This document shows, piece by piece, positions 7,511-14,729 of a DNA stretch of 41,383 bases; positions within the stretch are counted from its first letter, which is position 1; each line of letters opens with the position of its first letter. Both the position numbers and the translations under genes were made by a program. The DNA is from a virus. The DNA is taken from positions 1 to 41,383 of the IMG/VR virus record IMGVR_UViG_3300026549_000014; one strand, 5' to 3'. Under the pieces are notes generated by a model. That model had not been told where the DNA came from and did no database searches. It worked only from the letters and a program-made list of their open reading frames with translations.

Positions 7511-7988
7511 TCCGCACAAGCGGGGGCGGTCAAGCCGCACCAAGGGGAAGAATGCAGAGCTCGAGATTATGCACATCCTCCGGGACTTCTACGGTTACCC
7601 CGTGAGGCGGGGGAAGGTCTACTATCACGAGTCTGATGTGGTCGGTCTCCCTGGCATCCACATAGAGGTCAAGCGTCGGGAGCCTATGGCACTGCGCGAT
7701 GCGATGACTCAGGCAGTACGGGAGGCGCGGATCCGCGAGGACGGAGCGCCTACAGTGTTTGCCAGAGCGGACCGGAGGCCGTGGATCGTCTGCAGTCTTT
7801 ACAACGATCTGGCACGGATGGGCCGTCCCTCCGGAATGCGGGTGGATGAGCTCAAGGTCATGCGAGATCCATACGACACGCCAACGATGTACCAGAGGAT
7901 CAAGGTCGAGGGACAGCCGCTGTGTGTGCTGGATCTGGATACCTGGATGGACCTGTATGGAGCATGGGAGGACGCGGGCAATGGATAA
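7494..7988 (+). CDS. PD-(D/E)XK nuclease, probable Holliday-junction resolvase
   Basis: KGKNAELEIMHILRDFYGY..ESDVVGLPGIHIEVKRRE gives an E..D..E-x-K arrangement typical of Hjc/RecU-like resolvases in phage recombination modules. Confidence 0.6.
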   Translation: MIRQSDPHKRGRSSRTKGKNAELEIMHILRDFYGYPVRRGKVYYHESDVVGLPGIHIEVKRREPMALRDAMTQAVREARIREDGAPTVFARADRRPWIVCSLYNDLARMGRPSGMRVDELKVMRDPYDTPTMYQRIKVEGQPLCVLDLDTWMDLYGAWEDAGNG

Positions 7989-8673
7989 GCGAGAGAAAAA
8001 GTCGTTCGTCATGTACCGCTCATGGGCCGCATACATAACAGCACTTCCAGACCTTCAAGCCGCCCATCTCATAAAGGCGATTTGCGCGTTCGAAACCGGG
8101 GAAGAATTTCAGATCGAAGACCCGATGCTGCAGATCTATTTTGAGTCAGTAGTGCTCCCGGAGCTCAAGAAAAACGATGAGAAGTACGAAACCAAGGTCA
8201 AGACTGCGATTGAAATCGCGCGAAGGCGTAGGGAGTTGAACGAAGTCGAACGAAATCGAACGATGTCGAACGATGTCGATCGAAGTCGAACGATGCCGAA
8301 CGATATCGGGGATGTATCTGTATCTGATTCTGTATCTGATTCTGTATCTGTATCTGTTTCTGAATCTGTATCTGTATCTGATTCTGTTTATAAAGATATT
8401 AAAGATATAGGGAAGCGCACGCGCTTCCAACGCCCCACAGTCGCAGAGGTGTCCGAGTACTGTGATGAAAGGCATAACAACGTGGACCCGCAGCGGTTCG
8501 TGGACTACTACGACTCCAACGGCTGGCATGTAGGCAAGAACCCCATGAAGGACTGGAAGGCGGCTGTACGTACCTGGGAGCGAAACTCCACAGGAAACCG
8601 AAAACCGACGGAGCAGAGCGGCAGGGAATGGTTAATGCAGGAGGTGGAAAGAGATGAATGTAGCCGAGGCTAA
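7981..8673 (+). CDS. Replication organizer/initiator-like protein (N-terminal DUF6291-like, repeat linker, conserved C-terminal NGW..KDWKAAVRTWE domain)
   Basis: ATG 7981 lies inside the 7759 ORF. FVMYRSWAAYITALPDLQAAHLIKAICAFETGEE and PTVAEVSEYCDERHNNVDPQRFVDYYDSNGWHVGKNPMKDWKAAVRTWE are typical of Bacillota phage replication proteins. Confidence 0.65.
   Translation: MDKREKKSFVMYRSWAAYITALPDLQAAHLIKAICAFETGEEFQIEDPMLQIYFESVVLPELKKNDEKYETKVKTAIEIARRRRELNEVERNRTMSNDVDRSRTMPNDIGDVSVSDSVSDSVSVSVSESVSVSDSVYKDIKDIGKRTRFQRPTVAEVSEYCDERHNNVDPQRFVDYYDSNGWHVGKNPMKDWKAAVRTWERNSTGNRKPTEQSGREWLMQEVERDECSRG
8238..8307. repeat. Seven tandem 10-bp iterons (GAACGAwGTC consensus) inside the replication gene: candidate origin
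   Basis: gaacgaagtc gaacgaaatc gaacgatgtc gaacgatgtc gatcgaagtc gaacgatgcc gaacgatatc, head to tail. Confidence 0.85.
8314..8385. repeat. Twelve tandem hexamers (GTATCT/GATTCT) encoding a (V/D)S dipeptide linker, followed by an AT-rich patch
   Basis: gtatct gtatct gattct gtatct gattct gtatct gtatct gtttct gaatct gtatct gtatct gattct, then tttataaagatattaaagatatag. Confidence 0.85.
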
Positions 8674-9310
8674 TAAGCTGCTGCTTTTGATTGATGCGGC
8701 ATACCCCAAGTACCTCGATAAGGTTACTCCCGCAAAGATGAGGGGCATGGCCAATATGTGGTCCCTGGTGCTTGAAAACTTCAGCCTCCAGGAGGCCGAG
8801 CGGGGGCTGGAATCTTACGTAGCTACCGACACAACAGGTTTTGCTCCGTCTCCGGGGCAGATCATCGCAAGGATCCGGGCCTTTGACCAGGAGGCATCGA
8901 TGTCCGCTGAGGAGGCCTGGCGTGTGGTTGAGTTGGCTGTACAGCACGCACTGAGAGATGCGCAGGAGACCTATAACGCCTTCCCGGATGCGATCAAGAT
9001 GGCCATAGGCTCCCCTGGGGCGCTCAGGGACATGGCGATGCTGGACACGCAGCAGCTTGAGACTGTGGAGCACAGCCAGTTTATCCGGGCGTACAACACA
9101 ATCCAGCAAAGGGAGGAGATCAAAGCGAGAACACCGATGTCTGCCGCGCGTTTGCTTGAGGAGAAGGCACAGGCAGAGCTGGAGGAAAAGAAGGCCGCGA
9201 GAATTGAGGATAAGCGGCCAAGCAACAGAGAGATTGTGCAGGAGTGCAAGGGCATGAGCGAGGAGACAAAGGCCAAGCTCCTGCGGTTTTTGGAAGGAGG
9301 AACAGTATGA
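8654..9310 (+). CDS. Replicative helicase loader-like protein (SPP1 G39P-like N-terminal domain)
   Basis: MNVAEANKLLLLIDAAYPKYL..MANMWSLVLENFSLQEAERGL..FAPSPGQIIARI fits the loader/inhibitor-of-G40P pattern. The C-terminal half is coiled coil. Confidence 0.6.
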   Translation: MNVAEANKLLLLIDAAYPKYLDKVTPAKMRGMANMWSLVLENFSLQEAERGLESYVATDTTGFAPSPGQIIARIRAFDQEASMSAEEAWRVVELAVQHALRDAQETYNAFPDAIKMAIGSPGALRDMAMLDTQQLETVEHSQFIRAYNTIQQREEIKARTPMSAARLLEEKAQAELEEKKAARIEDKRPSNREIVQECKGMSEETKAKLLRFLEGGTV

Positions 9311-9522
9311 CAGACATGGAGCTTATCAGAAGCGTAGCGGGTGAGGATGAGGAGCAGGATGTGTGCGATCTCATCGACCAGGCGGTGGAGCCCATCCGCC
9401 TTGGGATGTGCAAGTCGGTCGTGATCGAGACAGCACGCGGGACCAAGTACGAGATCAAGAACAAGCGCGGGCTGGCGAACGTCAAGAAGAAGATCGACGC
9501 TTCCACCGACGTAGACCTGTGA
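9307..9522 (+). CDS. Hypothetical protein (71 aa)
   Basis: ATGA overlap at 9307-9310, with GGAGG upstream. Confidence 0.55.
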   Translation: MTDMELIRSVAGEDEEQDVCDLIDQAVEPIRLGMCKSVVIETARGTKYEIKNKRGLANVKKKIDASTDVDL

Positions 9523-9782
9523 TCCCGGGCAGCAGGCCGCATCACTGCTATCTGTGCGGGCGGTGGGTAGAGCATCCGGATACACACCACTGCGTGCATG
9601 GATCCAGGAGGCAGGCGGCAGACAAGTACGGCCTTACCGTATACCTGTGCCGGGAGTGCCACAGGGCCCTGCACGATAAAGGCGTCGGGGATCTGGAGCT
9701 CCGGCAGGATGCACAGCGATACTTTGAGACTCAACACTCGCGTAGTGAGTGGATGGAGATTTTTGGCAAGAATTACCTGTAA
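9519..9782 (+). CDS. Small Cys/His zinc-binding protein, HNH-like (87 aa)
   Basis: GTG 9519 overlaps the upstream stop (GTGA). HHCYLCGRW..HHCVHGSRRQAADKYGLTVYLCRECHRALH has a CxxC..CxxCH arrangement common next to SSB in Bacillota phages. Confidence 0.5.
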   Translation: MIPGSRPHHCYLCGRWVEHPDTHHCVHGSRRQAADKYGLTVYLCRECHRALHDKGVGDLELRQDAQRYFETQHSRSEWMEIFGKNYL

Positions 9783-9793
9783 AGGAGGAAGAC

Positions 9794-10183
9794 ATGAACA
9801 TCGTAGTACTTATGGGCCGCATGACCAGGGATCCCCAGATCCGGACGATCAGTGCCCAGAGCGGGGATATGAGCGTGGTGAATTTCACCATCGCGGTAGA
9901 CAGGACCGGGAAGGACAAGGGAGCGGATTTTATCTCCTGCAAGGCGTTCGGCAAGACCGCCGATGCGATCGGGACATACTTCCACAAGGGGCAGAGGATC
10001 GCGGTGCAGGGCAGCATCCAGACCGGTTCCTACACCAACAAGGAGGGCGTAAAGGTCTATACCACCGATGTGATCGTTAATCACTGGGAGTTCTGCGAGA
10101 GCAAGCAGGCGCAGGCAAAAGAAGAGCCGGACGGATTTATGGCGGTGCCAGGGGAGATCGACGAGGCGTTGCCGTTTAACTAG
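9794..10183 (+). CDS. ssb: Single-stranded DNA-binding protein
   Basis: RBS AAAGGAGG. MNIVVLMGRMTRDPQIR...FTIAVDR..DFISCKAFGKTAD..GQRIAVQGSIQTGSY OB-fold pattern, with an acidic tip DEALPF at the C-terminus. Confidence 0.9.
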   Translation: MNIVVLMGRMTRDPQIRTISAQSGDMSVVNFTIAVDRTGKDKGADFISCKAFGKTADAIGTYFHKGQRIAVQGSIQTGSYTNKEGVKVYTTDVIVNHWEFCESKQAQAKEEPDGFMAVPGEIDEALPFN

Positions 10184-10200
10184 AGGCTGGAGGAAAAGCG

Positions 10201-10380
10201 ATGTTTTGGAAGAAGAAGTCAAAGCTCTCGAAGAGGGAGAAGGAAATCCGAAGCTATATCCTGGAAGAGCATGCACGGACAGTCCGTATGGCGGAGAATT
10301 GCACTACCCCGTATGTAAGCGGGTTAGAGGATGAAGCAAGAAGAATCCTGGGGGATGTGATGGACATTTTGGGAGGCTGA
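10201..10380 (+). CDS. Hypothetical small protein (59 aa, below the ORF-track cutoff)
   Basis: Translated by hand: MFWKKKSKLSKREKEIRSYILEEHARTVRMAENCTTPYVSGLEDEARRILGDVMDILGG*. It fills the gap between ssb and the next gene exactly. Confidence 0.45.
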   Translation: MFWKKKSKLSKREKEIRSYILEEHARTVRMAENCTTPYVSGLEDEARRILGDVMDILGG

Positions 10381-10381
10381 A

Positions 10382-10678
10382 ATGGGATACATGCTTGATC
10401 AGATCGGAGAACCCGCTATGTACGAACAGATGGCGGAAGAATGCACAGAGCTTGCGAAAGCGGCGTTGAAGATGGCTCGGATCATCCGAAACGAAAATCC
10501 GACTCCCGTGACCGCGACCGAGGCATCGGACATGATCATCGAGGAGGCAGCGGACGTTTTGATCTGCATAGATGAGGTCGGAGTCTTTGATAGCTCAGAG
10601 GTGGCGCGCGTTGCGCACGCTAAGCGGGAGCGATTTAAGGCGAGATGGGAGGAGGCCCACCGTGCAAGCGAGAGTTAA
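10382..10678 (+). CDS. MazG-like nucleotide pyrophosphohydrolase (small phage type)
   Basis: MAEECTELAKAALKMAR...IIEEAADVLICID gives the EExxE/EExxD helical pairs typical of MazG-like all-alpha NTP-PPases. Confidence 0.55.
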   Translation: MGYMLDQIGEPAMYEQMAEECTELAKAALKMARIIRNENPTPVTATEASDMIIEEAADVLICIDEVGVFDSSEVARVAHAKRERFKARWEEAHRASES

Positions 10679-10806
10679 TCCCCTACGTAGACGGAACTGT
10701 ATACAAATGTTCTAACTGCAATACTGAGATGTTTAGTGCGTGGAATTACTGCCCGCATTGTGGCGCAAAAATGATTGAGCCACAGGAAAGTGAGGTGACG
10801 GAATGA
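10645..10806 (+). CDS. Hypothetical zinc-ribbon mini-protein (53 aa)
   Basis: Hand translation: MGGGPPCKRELIPYVDGTVYKCSNCNTEMFSAWNYCPHCGAKMIEPQESEVTE*. Two CxxC pairs. Ends in the reiterated junction with an ATGA overlap. Confidence 0.4.
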   Translation: MGGGPPCKRELIPYVDGTVYKCSNCNTEMFSAWNYCPHCGAKMIEPQESEVTE

Positions 10807-11024
10807 TAATAAAAACATTTAAAAGTAAAAAGAACCGAGTTGCCTTTTATTTTGGCAAAGCAAATGAAAAATTTGGACTATTCGGCGGAATCCAATATTA
10901 TGAGCGTTTTGACTGGAATCACATATGTTTTGGACTTACGTTTATAAAATGGTATATAACCTTAGAATTTAGATGGCGAGTTGCAAATTGTGGCTATCCT
11001 AAAGGCGAAGTGTATACGGATTGA
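10803..11024 (+). CDS. Hypothetical protein in an AT-rich island (73 aa, aromatic-rich)
   Basis: The start sits in a junction repeat. Local GC is far lower than the genome background. Confidence 0.5.
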   Translation: MIIKTFKSKKNRVAFYFGKANEKFGLFGGIQYYERFDWNHICFGLTFIKWYITLEFRWRVANCGYPKGEVYTD

Positions 11025-11093
11025 GGTGACGGAATGACATCATAATAAACAATCATTACCCGAACCATATAAGGCAGAAAGTGAGGATAAGGA

Positions 11094-11243
11094 ATGAAGA
11101 ATAAATACATCGTATACGGTACATTTGAGGTCGAAGTCGAAGCTAACTCCGAAGAAGAAGCAAAGAGCCGATTTGACATTGGCGATGCAGATGTAACCGT
11201 ACAAGGCTGTTATAGATCAGATGACGAGGGAGAAAGCGAGTAA
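11094..11243 (+). CDS. Hypothetical acidic mini-protein (49 aa)
   Basis: Hand translation: MKNKYIVYGTFEVEVEANSEEEAKSRFDIGDADVTVQGCYRSDDEGESE*. The start sits in a junction repeat (GTGAGGATAAGGAATG). Confidence 0.4.
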   Translation: MKNKYIVYGTFEVEVEANSEEEAKSRFDIGDADVTVQGCYRSDDEGESE

Positions 11244-11306
11244 GAGGGATGAAAACATACGGAGATATTTAAGAAGTGCTCAGAAGATAGCAGAAAGTGA
11301 GAAAAC

Positions 11307-11444
11307 ATGAGCGAAATTTCAGAAACGAAAATGCATCACTTAATATGTGCATTTTGCGATAATCCAAAATGCGTAAGGGGAACGAAGCAATGTGAGTTTG
11401 AACAATGGAAAAGGCAACAGGCAGAAAGTGAGGATAAGGAATGA
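11307..11444 (+). CDS. Hypothetical Cys-rich mini-protein (45 aa)
   Basis: Hand translation: MSEISETKMHHLICAFCDNPKCVRGTKQCEFEQWKRQQAESEDKE*. Starts and ends in junction repeats. Confidence 0.4.
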   Translation: MSEISETKMHHLICAFCDNPKCVRGTKQCEFEQWKRQQAESEDKE

Positions 11445-11905
11445 GTGACTTAATCAGCAGACAGGCGGCGATTGAAGCGCTGAACGGAATTATTAACAGG
11501 TTTGAACAAATATTACGGGATATAAGGGAATCAAAAGTAGATGATTCTGTTTGTGGAATGTGCGAGTATGACGGCGCTTTTGTTGGGCAGTCTGGAGATT
11601 GGTGCAACGAATGCCCGGGTTTTGAAAAGGATGATTGCTTCAGACTAAGTGATGAATGCAGAAAAAGATGGTTAGAATCGGTGGAGTTGCCCGCCGCACA
11701 GCCAGAACAGCGGTGGATACCATGCAGTGAGCGGTTGCCGGAGCCGAGGATTGACGTGTGGTGTAATTCGGATATGGGACAGATGGTCGGGTACTATGAT
11801 GAATATGCTGAAACATGGTACGGTAGAGATTATTTGGAGTTAATAGTCACTGCATGGATGCCATTACCGGAGCCATACAATGCAGAAAGTGAGGGTGAGA
11901 AATGA
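11441..11905 (+). CDS. Hypothetical protein, MSDLISRQAAI-family paralog 1
   Basis: The first 35 nt are identical to those of the next gene. Shares the LP(A/S)AQPEQR linker. Ends in a junction repeat. Confidence 0.7.
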   Translation: MSDLISRQAAIEALNGIINRFEQILRDIRESKVDDSVCGMCEYDGAFVGQSGDWCNECPGFEKDDCFRLSDECRKRWLESVELPAAQPEQRWIPCSERLPEPRIDVWCNSDMGQMVGYYDEYAETWYGRDYLELIVTAWMPLPEPYNAESEGEK

Positions 11906-12417
11906 GTGACTTAATCAGCAGACAGGCGGCGATTGATGCGCTTATTGAATGGTACGGATGTGAACCGTCAGATATCGGTGCGTTTGAAAATATTATCGAG
12001 AAGTTGCCATCCGCACAGCCAGAACAGCGCCAGAGGCATGGACAATATGAGCAGGATGGACGACGAGGAGCAGGAATGAGCTGGATTAGCCGCGAGGATT
12101 TGATGGAGTGGCTGGAGACGGAAGAGGATGAGATGCGTGAAATCGACGACCGGGAGGCAGCGCATGAGGCAAGCTACATCCGCAAGCATGTAATGGAGAT
12201 GCCAAAGGAGGACGTAAAGCCAGTAGTACACGCGCACTGGGACGTAATTGATACAGACAGTGAAGGCGACGAAGCATTTACACACGTATGGGCTACGCTC
12301 CGCTGTTCCAACTGCGGGGCGGAACGATCGGTTGAAGATGACTATGTGCCGCAGTATTGCGAAGGATGCGGCGCGAAGATGGACGAGCAGGAGAATGGAG
12401 CGGAAGATGAAAGTTAA
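11902..12417 (+). CDS. Hypothetical protein, MSDLISRQAAI-family paralog 2 with a C-terminal zinc ribbon (CSNC..CEGC)
   Basis: ATGA overlap. N-terminus MSDLISRQAAIDAL. Contains RCSNCGAE..YCEGCGAKM. Confidence 0.7.
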   Translation: MSDLISRQAAIDALIEWYGCEPSDIGAFENIIEKLPSAQPEQRQRHGQYEQDGRRGAGMSWISREDLMEWLETEEDEMREIDDREAAHEASYIRKHVMEMPKEDVKPVVHAHWDVIDTDSEGDEAFTHVWATLRCSNCGAERSVEDDYVPQYCEGCGAKMDEQENGAEDES

Positions 12418-12961
12418 GCGAGTGACAGAAGTGGAAACAGATTGCCCCAAGATCGGCGATCAGATCAGCGTCGATCACTACACGGCGACGTGTCAGAAGA
12501 TCACGCCAAAGGGCGCCATCTTCTTGCTGGACCAGTACCTCGACAAGGCCTATCCGATGAACAGGAAGAACACCAACAAGGGCGGCTACGCGGAGAGCGA
12601 CCTCAGGGAGACACTCAGGAGCAAGGAGATCCTCGACCTCTTCGACGACTGGGGCGACCGGATGGTCCCGTTTGAGAACGGTGACCTGCTCCGGATACCG
12701 TTTGCCGGCGAAATATTCGGCGATAAGCTACCGGAATGGCGCGAGCCAGATGGCCATGAGCAGTGGCCGCTCATGAAGGGCGCGCACAACCGCGCGGCGT
12801 CAAGGTGCGGAGAACCCGAATGGGGGTGGCTCGCGAATACGGTTCGCGACATCTCGACGGAGTTCTGCTTTGTCGCCGCCAACGGCTGTGCGGCCGACGG
12901 GGACGCCTCGTTCGTCATCGGGGTCCGGCCGGTTTTCATGGTCAAAGAGGAGGAAAGATGA
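12407..12961 (+). CDS. Hypothetical protein (DUF6273-like by motif memory)
   Basis: ATG 12407 lies inside the 12248 ORF. Contains GGYAESDLRETL..LLRIPFAGEIFG..WGWLANTV..GVRPVFMV. Confidence 0.6.
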   Translation: MKVKRVTEVETDCPKIGDQISVDHYTATCQKITPKGAIFLLDQYLDKAYPMNRKNTNKGGYAESDLRETLRSKEILDLFDDWGDRMVPFENGDLLRIPFAGEIFGDKLPEWREPDGHEQWPLMKGAHNRAASRCGEPEWGWLANTVRDISTEFCFVAANGCAADGDASFVIGVRPVFMVKEEER

Positions 12962-13221
12962 GCACTAAGCTGGTGAGATATAAGGACGTCTGCAATGCAG
13001 TTATCCCCATGATTGCAGACATGATGCAGCGAGGGGACATAGGGCCTGCGATCGACACGCTCAAGGCTCTGGGGGCGCTGGAGGATGTAGATCCGGCAAA
13101 AGTGCTGAAGGAGTACTGCAAGACACATTCATACGATTGCAAAGGCTGTAGGTACTTGAACATCGGCGGGCACGATGGGTGTGCCTGCGATGAGGGAGGG
13201 CCGGAGGAGTGGGAGATATGA
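12958..13221 (+). CDS. Hypothetical protein (87 aa, Cys cluster CKGCRY..GCAC)
   Basis: ATGA overlap, with GAGGAGG upstream. Confidence 0.6.
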   Translation: MSTKLVRYKDVCNAVIPMIADMMQRGDIGPAIDTLKALGALEDVDPAKVLKEYCKTHSYDCKGCRYLNIGGHDGCACDEGGPEEWEI

Positions 13222-13397
13222 GCAGGCTTGACGACGAGGAGCAGTACGAGTGGATCAGGCGATGGTCCACCAAACAGCGCCGGATGCAGGCAGAGATCCT
13301 GCAGGCCCACACTGCACACAGGGACGGGGCTATCTCGTGGATCCGGATGCAGGTGATCATTGCGCGGATCCGGCGCAAATACAGGAGAGCAGACTAG
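13218..13397 (+). CDS. Hypothetical basic protein (59 aa)
   Basis: ATGA overlap at 13218-13221. Confidence 0.5.
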   Translation: MSRLDDEEQYEWIRRWSTKQRRMQAEILQAHTAHRDGAISWIRMQVIIARIRRKYRRAD

Positions 13398-13524
13398 ACG
13401 CTTTGCTAAGGCGTAGAGCAAGGAGAAAATGATTTAGCATGGAGGGGTACAAGTATGCCGCCTCCATGTGTTGCATCGATTTGATCTAGCGCAGAGACGA
13501 GAACAAACGCAAGAAAGGGCATGT

Positions 13525-13782
13525 ATGAAGCGTAAGCTGACGCCGATGAAGGCGATAAGAGCAAGGTGCCTCGATTGCTGCTGTGGTAATAGCAACGAGG
13601 TCAAGGAATGCACGGCAACAGGCTGTCCGTTGTGGGGATTCCGGACGGGGCACAAGCCGCTTGAGGATGTGTACTGGGACGACGGAGTAGAACTTAGCAA
13701 TGAGGAGATCGCAAGGCGTAAGGCACGAGGGAGGGCGCTGTATGACAGATCGAGAGATAGCGCAGGCAATCAGGCGGGCTGA
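13525..13782 (+). CDS. Hypothetical Cys-rich protein (KAIRARCLDCCCGNSNEVKECTATGCPLW motif)
   Basis: This motif recurs in small phage proteins upstream of packaging genes. The start was chosen at ATG 13525. Confidence 0.55.
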   Translation: MKRKLTPMKAIRARCLDCCCGNSNEVKECTATGCPLWGFRTGHKPLEDVYWDDGVELSNEEIARRKARGRALYDRSRDSAGNQAG

Positions 13783-14281
13783 TGCGGATGCACTGAGGCA
13801 CCAGCTGGAGGACAGCAAGATCGTATTGTGCGAGGCCGGGATAGCACTCCATCGGAGATACGGATGGGGCAGCAAGCGGATCGGAGATTTTATCGACATG
13901 GTGCAGGAGGTCGAAGATGAGTGCTCGGCTGATCCCAGGAGGAGCATGATACAGATACTCGACGAGGAGACAGGGATCGAGATCAAGCCTGATGCAGACG
14001 GACCGGGATGGAGGGATCTGGCCTTTCTCAACGCCGATGTAGAGTATCAATTTAAGTCCATCCCTGAGTATCGGTGCATGAGATCCAGGCAGATACGATG
14101 GATCAAGCCGACTTTTTACGCCCTGGTGTTTGTGGCACTGCATCGTAAATGCGGATGGGGAGCCGAGAGGATGCGGCGACTGCTGTCGGACATGCAGGGG
14201 CTTGGAATCCGGAGCTCCAAGCAGGCGAGGAAGCTGTACAAGCAGGAGATAGGAGTAGCACTAGAGGTAAGACAAGAATGA
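13742..14281 (+). CDS. Hypothetical protein with an internal duplication
   Basis: ATG 13742 lies inside the 13700 ORF. Two related segments: ALHRRYGWGSKRIGDFIDMVQEV and ALHRKCGWGAERMRRLLSDMQGL. Confidence 0.65.
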   Translation: MTDREIAQAIRRADADALRHQLEDSKIVLCEAGIALHRRYGWGSKRIGDFIDMVQEVEDECSADPRRSMIQILDEETGIEIKPDADGPGWRDLAFLNADVEYQFKSIPEYRCMRSRQIRWIKPTFYALVFVALHRKCGWGAERMRRLLSDMQGLGIRSSKQARKLYKQEIGVALEVRQE

Positions 14282-14487
14282 CTGACTATCGTGAGGACGT
14301 GTACGTTAAGTGCCCATACTACTGCAAGGAGCGGGCACTGGAGATACGCTGCAAGGGGATGATTGGGCTGCACACTACGCACGACTTTGCAACCAAAGCA
14401 GACAAAGAGGCGTACAAGCGAGACTTTTGCCTGACGCTGTACACCTCATGCCCACTGTATCTGGACTTTGAGCAATACGGAGAATGA
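14278..14487 (+). CDS. Hypothetical Cys-rich protein (69 aa)
   Basis: ATGA overlap. Contains VYVKCPYYCKERALEIRCKG. Confidence 0.6.
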   Translation: MTDYREDVYVKCPYYCKERALEIRCKGMIGLHTTHDFATKADKEAYKRDFCLTLYTSCPLYLDFEQYGE

Positions 14488-14493
14488 GAAAAA

Positions 14494-14518
14494 GGAGATC
14501 GGGAAAATCCCGACCTCC
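14494..14518. terminator. Hairpin terminator between convergent transcription units, with the T-run on the minus-strand side
   Basis: GGAGATCGGGA aaa TCCCGACCTCC (one mismatch). Read on the minus strand it is followed by TTTTT. Confidence 0.6.
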
Positions 14519-14526
14519 TTGCTTTG

Positions 14527-14697
14527 CTATCTGATCTTGTCGTAGATGAGCCCGGTGATCCAGGCGTTGACGGACTTGCCGTCGGCCCTTGCAGCCTCCT
14601 GGATCTTCTCGCGGTCCCCCAGTGGAACGCGGATCCGGATCTGTTCGAACTTGCCTAAATACCTCTCGTGCGCCCGCTTCTGAGCCTCGGTCTCCAT
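14527..14697 (-). CDS. Ribbon-helix-helix (Arc/CopG-like) DNA-binding protein, 56 aa
   Basis: Hand translation: METEAQKRAHERYLGKFEQIRIRVPLGDREKIQEAARADGKSVNAWITGLIYDKIR*. RBS AAGGAGG 5 nt upstream. Shows a beta strand (IRIRV) plus two helices. Not in the ORF track (under 60 aa). Confidence 0.7.
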   Translation of the reverse strand: METEAQKRAHERYLGKFEQIRIRVPLGDREKIQEAARADGKSVNAWITGLIYDKIR

Positions 14698-14729
14698 TCA
14701 TGCCTCCTTACCCCCGGGGCGGGGTACAA

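Noticed and set aside
8238-8385. Tandem repeats considered as a CRISPR array
   Set aside because: The units are 10 bp and 6 bp, directly abutting with no spacers, and lie in frame within a CDS. No cas genes are present.
8146-8529. 127-aa minus-strand ORF with RYRYRFRNRYRY repeats
   Set aside because: It is an artefact of reading the GTATCT/GATTCT hexamer array on the opposite strand, inside the replication gene.
13438-13468. Hairpin CATGGAGG-15 nt-CCTCCATG in the 13398-13524 intergenic gap
   Set aside because: The 8-bp stem is real, but there is no T-run and the loop is large. I cannot distinguish a terminator, a regulatory site and chance, so it is not called as a feature.
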